A DNA stretch of 63,585 nt, filler included, from Deltaproteobacteria bacterium (GTDB taxonomy: Bacteria; JAUYMQ01): NCBI GenBank assembly GCA_030698575.1. It is 11 parts of 11 records of this genome, joined end to end, with 100 filler letters (N's around TTAATTAATTAA, not from the genome) between each part and the next. Parts side by side here need not be neighbours in the genome. Positions count along the whole stretch, not along the records: positions 17,581 to 20,664 come from JAUYMQ010000489.1; positions 20,765 to 33,266 come from JAUYMQ010000496.1; 9 more parts are not named here. One strand, written 5' to 3'. The notes below the pieces were generated by a model. The model searched no databases. It saw nothing but the letters and a program-made list of their open reading frames with translations, and was not told the origin of the DNA. The position numbers and the translations under genes are program-made. How positions within the stretch are numbered: position 1 is the first letter of the stretch; each line of letters opens with the position of its first letter. This document shows, piece after piece, positions 19,012-28,645 of this stretch.

Positions 19012-20043
19012 ATGCGGGTCGCGATGTACTACAACAACAAGGACGTGCGCCTGGAGGAGTCGCCCGTCCCGCAGATCGGCCCGGGCGAGCTGCTGCTCAA
19101 GGTGCATGCGAGCGGGGTATGCGGCCGCGATGTCATGGAGTGGTACCGAATCAGGAAGGCGCCGCTGGTTCTAGGGCATGAGGTGGCGGGCGAGATCGTC
19201 GAGGTCGGGGAGGGGGTCGACCGCTACAAGGTGGGCGACCGGGTTTTCGTTTCGCACCACATTCCCTGCAATACCTGTCACTACTGCCTGAACGGCCACC
19301 ACACGGTTTGCGAAACGCTCCATACGACCAACTTCGATCCGGGTGGTTTCGCTGAGTACCTGCGTGTGCCCCCGCTGAACACCGACCGCGGGGTATTCCT
19401 CCTTCCCGACGAGGTTTCCTTCGAGACGGGCTCGTTCATCGAGCCGCTGGCCTGCGTCGTCCGCGCCCAGCGGCTGGCCCGGCTGAGGCCCGGCCAGACC
19501 GTCCTTATTCTGGGCAGCGGGATCTCCGGCCTCCTCCATCTTCTGCTGGCCCGATCACTGGGTGCGGGGCGCATCATCACGACGGACGTGCACAAATACC
19601 GTCTGGAGGCTGCAAAGCGCTTCGGTGCGGATGCGACGATCGACGCCCGCCAGGACATCGCCGCGCGCGTCCGCGAGCACAACGACGGTCGCCTGGCGGA
19701 TCTCGTGATTACCTGCGCCGGCGCGCTGCCCGTCTTCGAGCAGGCCCTGCGATCGGTCGATCGCGGGGGCACCGTTCTTTTCTTCGCCCCGACCGATGAA
19801 GGGGTCAACCTTCCAGTTCCCGTGAACGATTTCTGGCGAAACGGGATCACGCTGATGCCCTCCTACGGAAACAGCCCGCTCGATGCCGTCCAGGCCATCG
19901 AGCTGCTTCGCGCGGGGCGTGTCCGGCCGGACGATCTGATCACGCACCGGCTGGGTCTGGAAGAAACGGGAAAGGCATTCCAGCTCGTCTCCGAGGCGGG
20001 CGCTTCTCTCAAAGTGATCATCGAGCCCCATCGCGCTTCCTGA
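19012..20043 (+). CDS. Zinc-dependent (sorbitol/threonine-type) dehydrogenase
   Basis: GVCG, LGHE, CxxCxxCx7C, GSGISG. Confidence 0.93.
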   Translation: MRVAMYYNNKDVRLEESPVPQIGPGELLLKVHASGVCGRDVMEWYRIRKAPLVLGHEVAGEIVEVGEGVDRYKVGDRVFVSHHIPCNTCHYCLNGHHTVCETLHTTNFDPGGFAEYLRVPPLNTDRGVFLLPDEVSFETGSFIEPLACVVRAQRLARLRPGQTVLILGSGISGLLHLLLARSLGAGRIITTDVHKYRLEAAKRFGADATIDARQDIAARVREHNDGRLADLVITCAGALPVFEQALRSVDRGGTVLFFAPTDEGVNLPVPVNDFWRNGITLMPSYGNSPLDAVQAIELLRAGRVRPDDLITHRLGLEETGKAFQLVSEAGASLKVIIEPHRAS

Positions 20044-20074
20044 TCCCGGCCAACCTGCAAGTCAGAGGCACCAC

Positions 20075-20664
20075 TTGAACCGCTTCAGCCGTTATCTGCA
20101 CGCAATCGGGCGGATGCTGGAGGTGAACGCAACGATTCTGTGGTTCACACTCGTGCGCCTCGCGGAGCTCCTCGGCCTTCGCCGGCTCTGGGCCGTGGTT
20201 CGCGGCCACCCCCGGCCCGATCCGCTCACGGGCCCGGTGATTGTGAGAAAGGCCCTCGAAGCGCTCGGGCCCACCTACATCAAGTTCGGCCAGCTCGCGG
20301 CTTCTTCTTCAGGATTCCTTCCGGATCGCTATTCGCTCGAGCTTTCCAAGCTGCTCGACGAGGTGCCGCCCGTTCCCCTCACGGAGGTACGGCGTGTCAT
20401 CGAGGAGGATCTCGGTGGCCCCCTGGAAACTTTCTACGCCGAGTTCGATCCAACTCCTCTCGCGGCCGCAAGCATTGCGCAGGTTCACTGCGCGCGGCTT
20501 CCGGACGGCGCCGAGGTCGTGGTCAAGGTCCAGCGCCCCGGGATCAGCGAGACCATCGAGCGCGACATGCACCATATGCGCATGCTCACCCGCACGCTCG
20601 AGACGCTGTTTCCCGTGGTACGCCTCGCCCATCCCACGCGCCCGATCGAGGATCTGAAGGTCCA
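20075..20664 (+). CDS. ABC1/UbiB/AarF family kinase, 3'-truncated
   Basis: LGPTYIKFGQ, PLAAASIAQVH, VVVKVQRPG. Confidence 0.92.
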
Positions 20665-21039
20665 NNNNNNNNNNNNNNNNNNNNNNNNNNNNNNNNNNNN
20701 NNNNNNNNTTAATTAATTAANNNNNNNNNNNNNNNNNNNNNNNNNNNNNNNNNNNNNNNNNNNNTGGCGTTCGGCAGGGGAAAGACGGGGGCTTCCAGCA
20801 GGCCAGTCTGATTGGGGGGGCTCATGGATCCTTTCTCGCACGCCCGGGCTCCGGGGAGGCAAGGGGGAGGCGCCCGCCCCGTTGAAAATTAGCGCAGGCC
20901 GCCTATGATAGGGCCAGCCCTCACCCGACGGAAGGCCGCGAGGACAGAAAATCGAATAGATGCGTCCTTTCGGCATCTCCCGGGCTGGATGGGGGCCCTC
21001 CGGCCCCCATCGCGTCCCTCCTGCCATCCTAGGAATCCC

Positions 21040-21966
21040 ATGTCCGCAGAGTCCCTTCTCGTCACGGAGAGTCTCACGAAACGCTTCGGCGGTCGATGCG
21101 TGGTCGACGGCGTCTCCCTCGAGGTGAACCGGGGGGACGTATTCGGGTTCCTGGGACCCAACGGCGCGGGCAAGAGCACGACCATGCGGATGATCCTCGG
21201 GCTCGTCCGTGCGTCCTCGGGGACCATCCGAGTCGCGGGCATCGATGTGGGGAGAGATCGGCGCGCGGCGCTTGCAAAGGTCGGTGCCGTCGTCGAGGGC
21301 CCCGCATTCTATGATCATCTTTCCGGGTGGGAGAACCTGGAGATCTTCACGGCGCTGGGCGGAGGGGCGACGCGAGCCAGGATGGAGGAGGCGCTGGAGA
21401 TCGTCGGCCTCCGCGGGCGCGAAGGCGATCCAGTGGACGTCTATTCGACCGGAATGCGCCAGCGCCTGGGAATCGCGCAAGCCCTCCTGCCGCACCCGGA
21501 GATCATCCTGCTCGACGAACCGGGCAACGGGCTCGATCCCCGGGGAAGCCTGGAGATTCGCGCCCTCATCCGGCAGCTCTCCACGGATCATGGCCTGACC
21601 ATCTTCCTTTCGAGCCATCTCCTTCACGAGGTCGAGCAGCTTTGCGACCGGGTCGCAATTCTCGACCGGGGGCATCTCCTCTACCAGGGAAGCGTGGCGG
21701 GTTTGCTCACGCGTGCCTCTTACCTTCGCGTCGTCGTTGAATCGCCGGCGGCGGCGGGGCGTTTTCTGGAAGGTTTCGAAGGGGTGCAGGTGCTCTACGA
21801 AGAGACCGGCTCGCTCACGCTTCGCCTCTCGGGCGTCGATCCCGCATGGGTGAATGCGCGCTTGGTGGAGAAGGGTTTCCGGGTCCAGGAGTTGCGGCAG
21901 GTGCGTGAGTCACTCGAGAACATTTTCCTGCGGCTTACCGGCGGCGAGCGGGAGGCGGCTGCCTAG
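21040..21966 (+). CDS. ABC transporter ATP-binding protein
   Basis: GPNGAGKST, YSTGMRQRL, LLDEP, SSH. Confidence 0.95.
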   Translation: MSAESLLVTESLTKRFGGRCVVDGVSLEVNRGDVFGFLGPNGAGKSTTMRMILGLVRASSGTIRVAGIDVGRDRRAALAKVGAVVEGPAFYDHLSGWENLEIFTALGGGATRARMEEALEIVGLRGREGDPVDVYSTGMRQRLGIAQALLPHPEIILLDEPGNGLDPRGSLEIRALIRQLSTDHGLTIFLSSHLLHEVEQLCDRVAILDRGHLLYQGSVAGLLTRASYLRVVVESPAAAGRFLEGFEGVQVLYEETGSLTLRLSGVDPAWVNARLVEKGFRVQELRQVRESLENIFLRLTGGEREAAA

Positions 21967-22006
21967 GCGCGAGCTGGAACAGCCGGTGGCGTCCCGGAGC
22001 GTGACG

Positions 22007-22858
22007 ATGGGTTTTTCAGTCCTCATTCGAACGGAATTCCTGAAGCTTCGCCGGAGCCGCACTGTCACAGTGGGCGTGGTGAGCCTGCTTGCTTTCGTGC
22101 TCCTGGTCCTCTGGGGGTTTCACAGCTATGCTGCCCAGCGTCTGGGAGGGGTCTCCATTTTCGGAACCTCATCGGGCGAACCGGGATATTTCAACGGGCT
22201 GCTCTTTGCGCTCTACTCCCTTTATTTCGCTTTCAATTTCATCATGCCCGTTGTCATCGCCGTGGTCGCCGGCGCGCAGATCTCCGGGGAAGCGAGCGCG
22301 GGCACCCTTCGGGCAATTCTCAGCCGGCCGGTCGACCGCACGTCGCTGCTGCTCTCGAAATTCGCGGTGACGGCGATGTACGCCTGGATGGTCATCACCG
22401 GTTTCGTGATTTTCAACTTGGTCCTCGGCTTCGCGCTGGTGGGATGGGGCGACCTTGCTCTCTATCCCGGCCCCCTCGGCCTGGTCGAAGAGCCGGGGAG
22501 CATTCCGCTCCGGGATGCCCTGGGGCGGTTCGCGCTCGCCACGCTATCCGGCACCTGGTCGCTGATGACGCTCGCGGCCATCGCATTCTTTCTGAGCGTC
22601 GTAACCCGATCGCCGGTGGTTTCGGTGACGGGGGCGATCCTCGCCTACATGGTGCTTACCGTGGTGGGGCGGGTCGAGTTCTTTACCGAGATCAAGTCCC
22701 ACTTCTTCACGACCGACATGGATTTCTGGCGGATCGTGTTCAAGCCCGAGATCCCCTGGCGCGAAATTGCCTACGGCGCATCCCGCTGCGGGGTCTACAT
22801 CTTCACGCTGCTGCTGGTCTCGGCGGTTCTCTTCGAGAGAAAGGACATCACGACCTGA
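22007..22858 (+). CDS. ABC-2 type permease
   Basis: About 6 TM segments, GEASAGTLRAILSRPVDRTSLLLSK, FERKDI. Confidence 0.9.
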   Translation: MGFSVLIRTEFLKLRRSRTVTVGVVSLLAFVLLVLWGFHSYAAQRLGGVSIFGTSSGEPGYFNGLLFALYSLYFAFNFIMPVVIAVVAGAQISGEASAGTLRAILSRPVDRTSLLLSKFAVTAMYAWMVITGFVIFNLVLGFALVGWGDLALYPGPLGLVEEPGSIPLRDALGRFALATLSGTWSLMTLAAIAFFLSVVTRSPVVSVTGAILAYMVLTVVGRVEFFTEIKSHFFTTDMDFWRIVFKPEIPWREIAYGASRCGVYIFTLLLVSAVLFERKDITT

Positions 22859-23739
22859 TGGGCCGCGAGGGACGAACGATCAAGATAGTGCTGCTGCTGG
22901 GGATCATCGCGGCCCTCGGCGGGGTGAGGACCTTCCGGCCGCTGGGCGCGGTGCTGGCGCTCGCGCCAGCCATCGATCTCGAAGGGGAAGGGCGCACAAT
23001 CCGCGTTCTCACCTGGAACGTCGGAGAGGCCTACGGAGGGGGGGACAGCCGCGCCAAGGACTCGTCCCTCGAACGCGTGGCGCAGGTGATTGAAATGGAG
23101 CGGCCGGACGTGGTGACCCTGCAGGAGCTTGCGGGACGGCAGCAGCTCGGGAGTCTCCTCCGGCGGCTCGGCGGAGGGTACGAGGGGTTCCTGGAAGAGA
23201 GCGGTGATACCGATCGCCATACCGCGGTGCTCGCCCGCGGATCAAAGGTCGAGTTCCGGGCGCTCGAGACGAGCACCGGGCGCGGCGCCAGCGCCGCCAT
23301 CTTCCTGCTGGCCCGAAGCCAGCTCCGGATTTGCGCCGTGAGCGCCCACGCCGACGCCTGGGACCCCGAATCCCGGAGGCAGTACGCGCGCGAACTGGTC
23401 GACTGGGGGCGCCGCCAGGATTTCGACGTGGTTTTCCTGGCCGGGGATTTCAACTTCGCAAGCGGATCCGAGGGGCAGGCGGATTCGCTCTTCTCGCAGA
23501 ACCAAGCCACCGACACCGCGGCCTATGCCTACGTGACCGAGCATTTCAGGGATCTCGGGCGCGACGGCGGCGAGACAGCGCTCCTCGGCCGGCGCATCGA
23601 CTACGTGTTCTCACGGGGAGGGAGCGTCAAGGTGAAGCGCGTTGCGGTGCTGAAGGGCCAGCGCGCAGGGCGCATGGATCACAACCCGCTCGTGGTGGAT
23701 GTGCTCATACCCAAACCGATGATTCTTACCCGCCGCTGA
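22858..23739 (+). CDS. Endonuclease/exonuclease/phosphatase family protein
   Basis: VLTWNV, DVVTLQE, AGDFN, RIDYVF, MDHNP; N-terminal TM segment. Confidence 0.9.
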   Translation: MGREGRTIKIVLLLGIIAALGGVRTFRPLGAVLALAPAIDLEGEGRTIRVLTWNVGEAYGGGDSRAKDSSLERVAQVIEMERPDVVTLQELAGRQQLGSLLRRLGGGYEGFLEESGDTDRHTAVLARGSKVEFRALETSTGRGASAAIFLLARSQLRICAVSAHADAWDPESRRQYARELVDWGRRQDFDVVFLAGDFNFASGSEGQADSLFSQNQATDTAAYAYVTEHFRDLGRDGGETALLGRRIDYVFSRGGSVKVKRVAVLKGQRAGRMDHNPLVVDVLIPKPMILTRR

Positions 23740-23761
23740 AATCGCTTCACCCGCAGACAGT

Positions 23762-24481
23762 TTATCTGGAGGATTTTCGCCGGGGCTTTCTGGCACGGGG
23801 ATTCCTGCGCGTCTTCACGGTTTCCGGCTCGGCGAGCGGTCCCGTCTTGTGTTCTCGCAGACTATCAATGATGAAACTCACCGCTTCCTCGGGCTCGTCC
23901 GTCAGGTGAAACAGCCCGAGGTCCTTCCGGGTGATGGTCCCCGTCTTGAGTGAGGTGTTGCGAAGCCACTGGACGAGGCCGCCCCAGTAGTCCTTTCCAA
24001 TCAGCACGATGGGGAAGTGCACCATCTTGTGCGTCTGTATCAGCGTGATCGCCTCGAAGAACTCGTCCATCGTGCCGAAACCGCCTGGAAGAACGACGTA
24101 CCCCGATGCATAACGCGCGAACATCACCTTGCGGGCGAAGAAGTAGTCGAAGTTGATCACGATATCGAGGTAGGGGTTGGGCTTCTGCTCCTTCGGCAGC
24201 TGGATGTTGAGCCCGATGCTCTGGGACGGGCCCTTGCGCGCGCCACGATTGGCTCCCTCCATGAGGCCCGGCCCCGCTCCGGAGATAACCGAAAGGCCGG
24301 CCTTGGAGAGGCGCTCGCCCACCTCCACGGCCGTCTTGTAGTAGGGATGCTTGCGTGAGAGTTTGTTGCTGCCGAATACCGAGATGGCTGGCCCGACCCC
24401 CCGAAGCGTTTCGAACCCCTCGACGAACTCACCCATGATCTTGAAAACCATCCAGGTATCGTGACTCCGGAAGTCTTCCAT
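23762..24481 (-). CDS. LOG family (TIGR00730-type) phosphoribohydrolase
   Basis: GAGPGLMEGANRGA, FFARKVMF, PGGFGTMDE. Confidence 0.95.
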   Translation of the reverse strand: MEDFRSHDTWMVFKIMGEFVEGFETLRGVGPAISVFGSNKLSRKHPYYKTAVEVGERLSKAGLSVISGAGPGLMEGANRGARKGPSQSIGLNIQLPKEQKPNPYLDIVINFDYFFARKVMFARYASGYVVLPGGFGTMDEFFEAITLIQTHKMVHFPIVLIGKDYWGGLVQWLRNTSLKTGTITRKDLGLFHLTDEPEEAVSFIIDSLREHKTGPLAEPETVKTRRNPRARKPRRKSSR

Positions 24482-24820
24482 TGCGGGATCTCTCCTCCTC
24501 TGTTCCACTCGGCGATGCGGCGCCGGCCGCGGGGGGACCCCAAGCTATCACAACGGGCGGGCCGCGCCCCCGCAGGATTCCCACAGGCGCCACCGGAACC
24601 TGGCGGATGGCCTCCGGGCGCTCGAGGCCGAGAAATTCAGGCCGACCTCGTCTGCTTCTACCTTCCGTCTGCAGTCTCAGTCGGGGAGCGGATGGACATC
24701 CTGGACCACCCGGTCGAGGTGAATATGATCGGCGCCTCCCCCGGCTGACGGCCAGGAGGCTTCAGGTCCGGGCGGGGCTCACCGATAGGGAGGGCTCGGG
24801 CGGGGGTCGTGACAATCCGG

Positions 24821-24849
24821 TTGACAACCCCACTTTCCGGGCCTATTGT
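24821..24849 (+). promoter_or_regulatory. Near-consensus sigma-70 promoter
   Basis: TTGACA-N17-TATTGT. Confidence 0.85.
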
Positions 24850-24854
24850 GGGCG

Positions 24855-25570
24855 AAGCATCAGCGCGGGTACCAGAAAGCGCAGCAGATTCAAGGGATTA
24901 TTCCCTCCGGCAAATGTTCGGAGGCAGATTCAGTTCCTGAGCCGCCGAAGGCCCCGCCATGGAGGATGGTGGCCGAAATCGGCGGGCAGTCCGGGAATAA
25001 GGGGATCGGCGGGGCCGAGAAGGAGCCCGCCGGTCGCAGACAGGAGGAGGTTCATCCCGCACGGCTGGCGCACGGACTCGACGGTTCCCCGGGGATCATC
25101 CCGAGGAGAGAGTCCCGAGGCCGGCATGAATGCGCGACGGCTCGATCATTCGGTTGCATGCAGGCGGGTGCATCGGGAAGGGCTGGCGCGGAGTCGGGAT
25201 CAAGCGGGACGGCTTCCTCTCGCATGGCTGGGAATTCTACGCCGGACGGCGCCTTGACTGTAGGGACCGCGCGATAGCGCGACCCGGAGGGAGACCCCGA
25301 AAGGGCTCCCGCGGGCAGCCCGGGGCACCGGAAGGCGAAAGCGGCGGTTATGCCGCGGCGAGACAGTTCAATTCGTAGACTCGGACGAACCCTGAAGGCT
25401 TCAAGCTCCATCCTCGAAGCGGTCCGGAAGGCCGGCCAGGCCGGCCGGCTGTTCGGCGGGGCAGGTGTGGTTTGCCTGCCGTACGCCGTTGCGCTCCGAG
25501 AGGGTTTGTTCGTCGGTGTGCCGGTTTAGAGATTGCGCCGGCGGTACCGGGTCTGACGACTTCTCGCCTG
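24855..25570 (+). ncRNA. Candidate large structured non-coding RNA (about 710 nt), possibly OLE-like
   Basis: Begins at the sigma-70 promoter; 5'/3' closing helix; more than 12 nested helices; GAAA tetraloop; no credible ORF (details under findings). Confidence 0.6.
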
Positions 25571-25807
25571 TCCAGTTCCCTTCCAGCGATAAATTTATTG
25601 CGGCTTTGCCGGATCGGCGCCTTGCCAATTCACGGGCGCCGCCCCCCCCGATCCTTCTCACCAAACACAAACCGCGTTCGCGCCGAGGCGGCTCAAGCCG
25701 CCATCGCCAGGCCGGCGGAGCACGCTTCATAGCGGCTTCGCGGCCGATAGGCACCGGCGCACGGGCCCCCTTCGGGGCGCTCGACGAGACGCTCCAGAAA
25801 GGAAGTC

Positions 25808-28618
25808 ATGGCTGCAACAACAAGGAACAGTGGAGGGGGAACGAGCGGCGGATCGAAGGGACGAGGTGGCGCTTCGCGCTCGCGTGGCCGCCGGGGTGGC
25901 ACACGACGCCGCCGGCCGGCCGGGCAGGAAAGCGGACCGCCGCAGAAGTTCGAGCCGGATCGCGACGCGCGGACCGAGCTTCTCCAGGAGCAGCTCGAAG
26001 CCGAATTTGAGGGTTCCCCGGACTACGGGGATCCGCTCGACCCCGAGGAGGCTTCGGCCGACGACATCGCGGCGGAGCTTTCGCGATCACGACGCGAGGA
26101 GAATGAAACAGCGCCCGACGACCAGAGCGCCTTCGAGGATACGTCCGAGGCGGTCGAGTTCGGCATCGACGGCGCGCGGGGTGGATTCCCCGACGAGGAG
26201 GGGGAAGACGCCGCTCCTTCGGCGGGCGACTTCGTCCATGAATCCGGAGAATCGACGCGGCCGGGGTCGACCTTCAGAGCGCGGGAGACCGGGCAAGACG
26301 CGCGCGGTAGAGATTCTTCAGCAGACCGCGTCGAGGCCCCGGTCAGCGATCGCAGCGGGGAAGGGCGGGATCGCCTCTCCCGGCTTTGGAATGTTCTCAT
26401 TCGCCCGCGCGCGTTTCCGCTGGGGGATCTTGTGCGGGAAGAGGGAGGGGCGCCAGGTTCCGACAGGTGGCTGTTCGCCACGGGCAAGACGGCCGACGGA
26501 CAGGTCGCTGCGGTGGTGGCCACACCCAACGTCGATTCCAATTTGCTCACCGAGGGACTGCTCTTCCTGACCCAGCTCTCCAGGTCGAAGGGCGCGATCA
26601 AGCATCTGTTTCTCTGCGCCCCCTATTTCGAGGAAGAGCAGCGCAAGACCGCCTACCTGGTCGATCCAAAGAAGGTGCGCCTGCGGCTCGTGAGGGTCCC
26701 CTCCGTGGACGAGGGAACAGGGTCGTCGCGCATCGTCGAGACGCTGCGCCCGGAGACGCGCGACACCAGCCGCACGTTCGAGGAGATACTCTCCGAAGTA
26801 CCGGGTCCGAAAACGCGGAACCTTCTCTTCCGATTCAAGGAGGTCGCCGAGGGGTCGCTCGTGGACAGCGGCGGCGAGGGTGTGGTCTGCCGCGGCCGGA
26901 AGATCTATTTCCGGATGCGAGGCGAGGATCTGATCGTCGCGCGCCCCCGTGACAACACGGTGCTACTCGAGATTCTCTATCCGCGTGGCCGGACGTTGCG
27001 GCTCTCCGAGAAAAACTTCGACCAGACCCTTTCGCGAGTCAGGGAGTGCTTCGAGGCGGCGCGAAAGAGCCCCAACCTGCCGAGCCGTGAAGGTGGATTC
27101 CGGCTTGCGGTGCGGGAAGCGCTGGAGACTAGGGAGAACGGCCTCATCCCGCTCGACGCCGAGGTGAGCGTGGGGCCGGGCAGGCTTCGCATCGACGTGC
27201 TGGCGGCCCGGAACGACGGCTCGCCTGCCGCGGTGCAGATTCGCGCCCGCCTGTCGCCGGAGGATTTTGAGCGCAGCTTGCTCGCCTTCACGGCGCTTCG
27301 GGAGCAGGGGACCCTGCTGAAGAAGCTCCTTGGTGATCGTGGCGGGCTGCTCAACGCCGCGGGGGATGCCGAGCTCTGCTTCGTCTCGCTGAACGTGCAC
27401 GAAGGGCTGCCAGCCATCGCGGAACTTCTCGTTCCGCGGGTCACCTTCTTCCGCGTTACGCCCGAGCGGCGCTGGTGGGAGGGGACGCTGAAGCTGACCG
27501 GACCCGGCCAGGCCATCCAGGCGGCGCCGAGCGCCCCTGCAGCGCAACAGTCCGCGGTCCAGCAGGCACCGGCGCCCCCGGTCCGGACACGCCCTGAACG
27601 GCCGAGCTTCAAGATCGAGGGGAAGAATCCGGCCGTTATCGCGAGCCATTACGACAGGGACGGAGTGGTAGGGAACATCGTCCTCTCGCGGGCTGTTCCG
27701 AACGTGGTGGCCCACCGCTTCATGAGCAGCGAGGACCTCATCATTTTCTTCTTCACGCCCGAGGTCCAGGCAACGCTGCCGGAGATCTACGATCTCTTCC
27801 TGACCGATCTCCGTTTCAGGCCCAGCACCCGCCTGTCACCTGAAGTGAAAGAGGCCTTCGTCGAGAATCTCCGGAACTTCAAGGGGAACATCTACTGGAT
27901 CGATCACGTCTACTGGCAGGATTTCGATCGCCGGGAGATTGAGGGCGCCATCGGAAAGAACAACCTCGTGATATCGCCCCGGGAACGAACCGCCGGCCAG
28001 GCTGTCATGAAGGCATTGCGGGTTCGGGACGATTTTTCGTCACAGCTGGTCGAGATGGTGCTCGGCAAGCTTGCTGACGATCCCCAGAAGGCCTGGGGGA
28101 AAGACTGGATCAACATCATCGACTACCTGCGGAACGATCTCGATCGAATCGAATCGGCGATGAAGCCGCTGTACGAGGGGCGGCCCGAGGAGATCGACGA
28201 ATCACTGCGGGACGAGGGGCTGCGGAAAGAGGGCGAGGCGGAGGCCTACGTCGCGAGCCGCGACTTCCGCGTCGTGATCTTCGGTACCTACAAGCTGGTC
28301 GTGGTGGATCTTCCGGAGAAGCAGAGCTTCAACTACACCAGCGTGACTCAGAAGGTGCGCGAGCGTTACCGCGCGCAGCTCTCGATCACGAGCTTTGGCA
28401 ACTCCGAGACCATCATCATTGCCAATTCGTTCTCGAACCGGCAGGTGGTCAACATGATCCAGGTCAAGGATCACCTGACGCGGAAATTTGATTGGCTGAA
28501 GCCCGTCCAGGGGCACGAGAACGTGATCACACTGAAGGTGGAGGGGCTCCTCGAGAACAAGGAGCGTTTAGATCAGGCTCTGAACGAGCTGGTCAGGAAC
28601 CGCTCGCTCTTCACCTGA
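25808..28618 (+). CDS. 936-aa multidomain protein: disordered N-terminus, degenerate PD-(D/E)xK (NucS-like) domain(s), degenerate DHH/DHHA1 domain
   Basis: AAAGGAAG RBS; AEVSVGPGRLRIDVLAARNDGSPAAVQIR; SHYDRDG, LTDL, WIDHVYW, QGHEN. Confidence 0.75.
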   Translation: MAATTRNSGGGTSGGSKGRGGASRSRGRRGGTRRRRPAGQESGPPQKFEPDRDARTELLQEQLEAEFEGSPDYGDPLDPEEASADDIAAELSRSRREENETAPDDQSAFEDTSEAVEFGIDGARGGFPDEEGEDAAPSAGDFVHESGESTRPGSTFRARETGQDARGRDSSADRVEAPVSDRSGEGRDRLSRLWNVLIRPRAFPLGDLVREEGGAPGSDRWLFATGKTADGQVAAVVATPNVDSNLLTEGLLFLTQLSRSKGAIKHLFLCAPYFEEEQRKTAYLVDPKKVRLRLVRVPSVDEGTGSSRIVETLRPETRDTSRTFEEILSEVPGPKTRNLLFRFKEVAEGSLVDSGGEGVVCRGRKIYFRMRGEDLIVARPRDNTVLLEILYPRGRTLRLSEKNFDQTLSRVRECFEAARKSPNLPSREGGFRLAVREALETRENGLIPLDAEVSVGPGRLRIDVLAARNDGSPAAVQIRARLSPEDFERSLLAFTALREQGTLLKKLLGDRGGLLNAAGDAELCFVSLNVHEGLPAIAELLVPRVTFFRVTPERRWWEGTLKLTGPGQAIQAAPSAPAAQQSAVQQAPAPPVRTRPERPSFKIEGKNPAVIASHYDRDGVVGNIVLSRAVPNVVAHRFMSSEDLIIFFFTPEVQATLPEIYDLFLTDLRFRPSTRLSPEVKEAFVENLRNFKGNIYWIDHVYWQDFDRREIEGAIGKNNLVISPRERTAGQAVMKALRVRDDFSSQLVEMVLGKLADDPQKAWGKDWINIIDYLRNDLDRIESAMKPLYEGRPEEIDESLRDEGLRKEGEAEAYVASRDFRVVIFGTYKLVVVDLPEKQSFNYTSVTQKVRERYRAQLSITSFGNSETIIIANSFSNRQVVNMIQVKDHLTRKFDWLKPVQGHENVITLKVEGLLENKERLDQALNELVRNRSLFT

Positions 28619-28645
28619 GAAAGCCCGGCGGCCGCGGGGACGGGC

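Noticed and set aside
24855-25570. RNase P, tmRNA or group II intron identity for the structured region
   Set aside because: No GAGGAAAGUCC/P4 motif, no tRNA-like TPsiC-CCA end or tag peptide, no domain V.
24461-25754. ORFs called inside the candidate ncRNA region (for example 24481-25257, 24846-25277, 25052-25411)
   Set aside because: Arg/Gly/Pro-rich shadow translations with no recognisable motif or good RBS; 24846 starts inside the -10 box.
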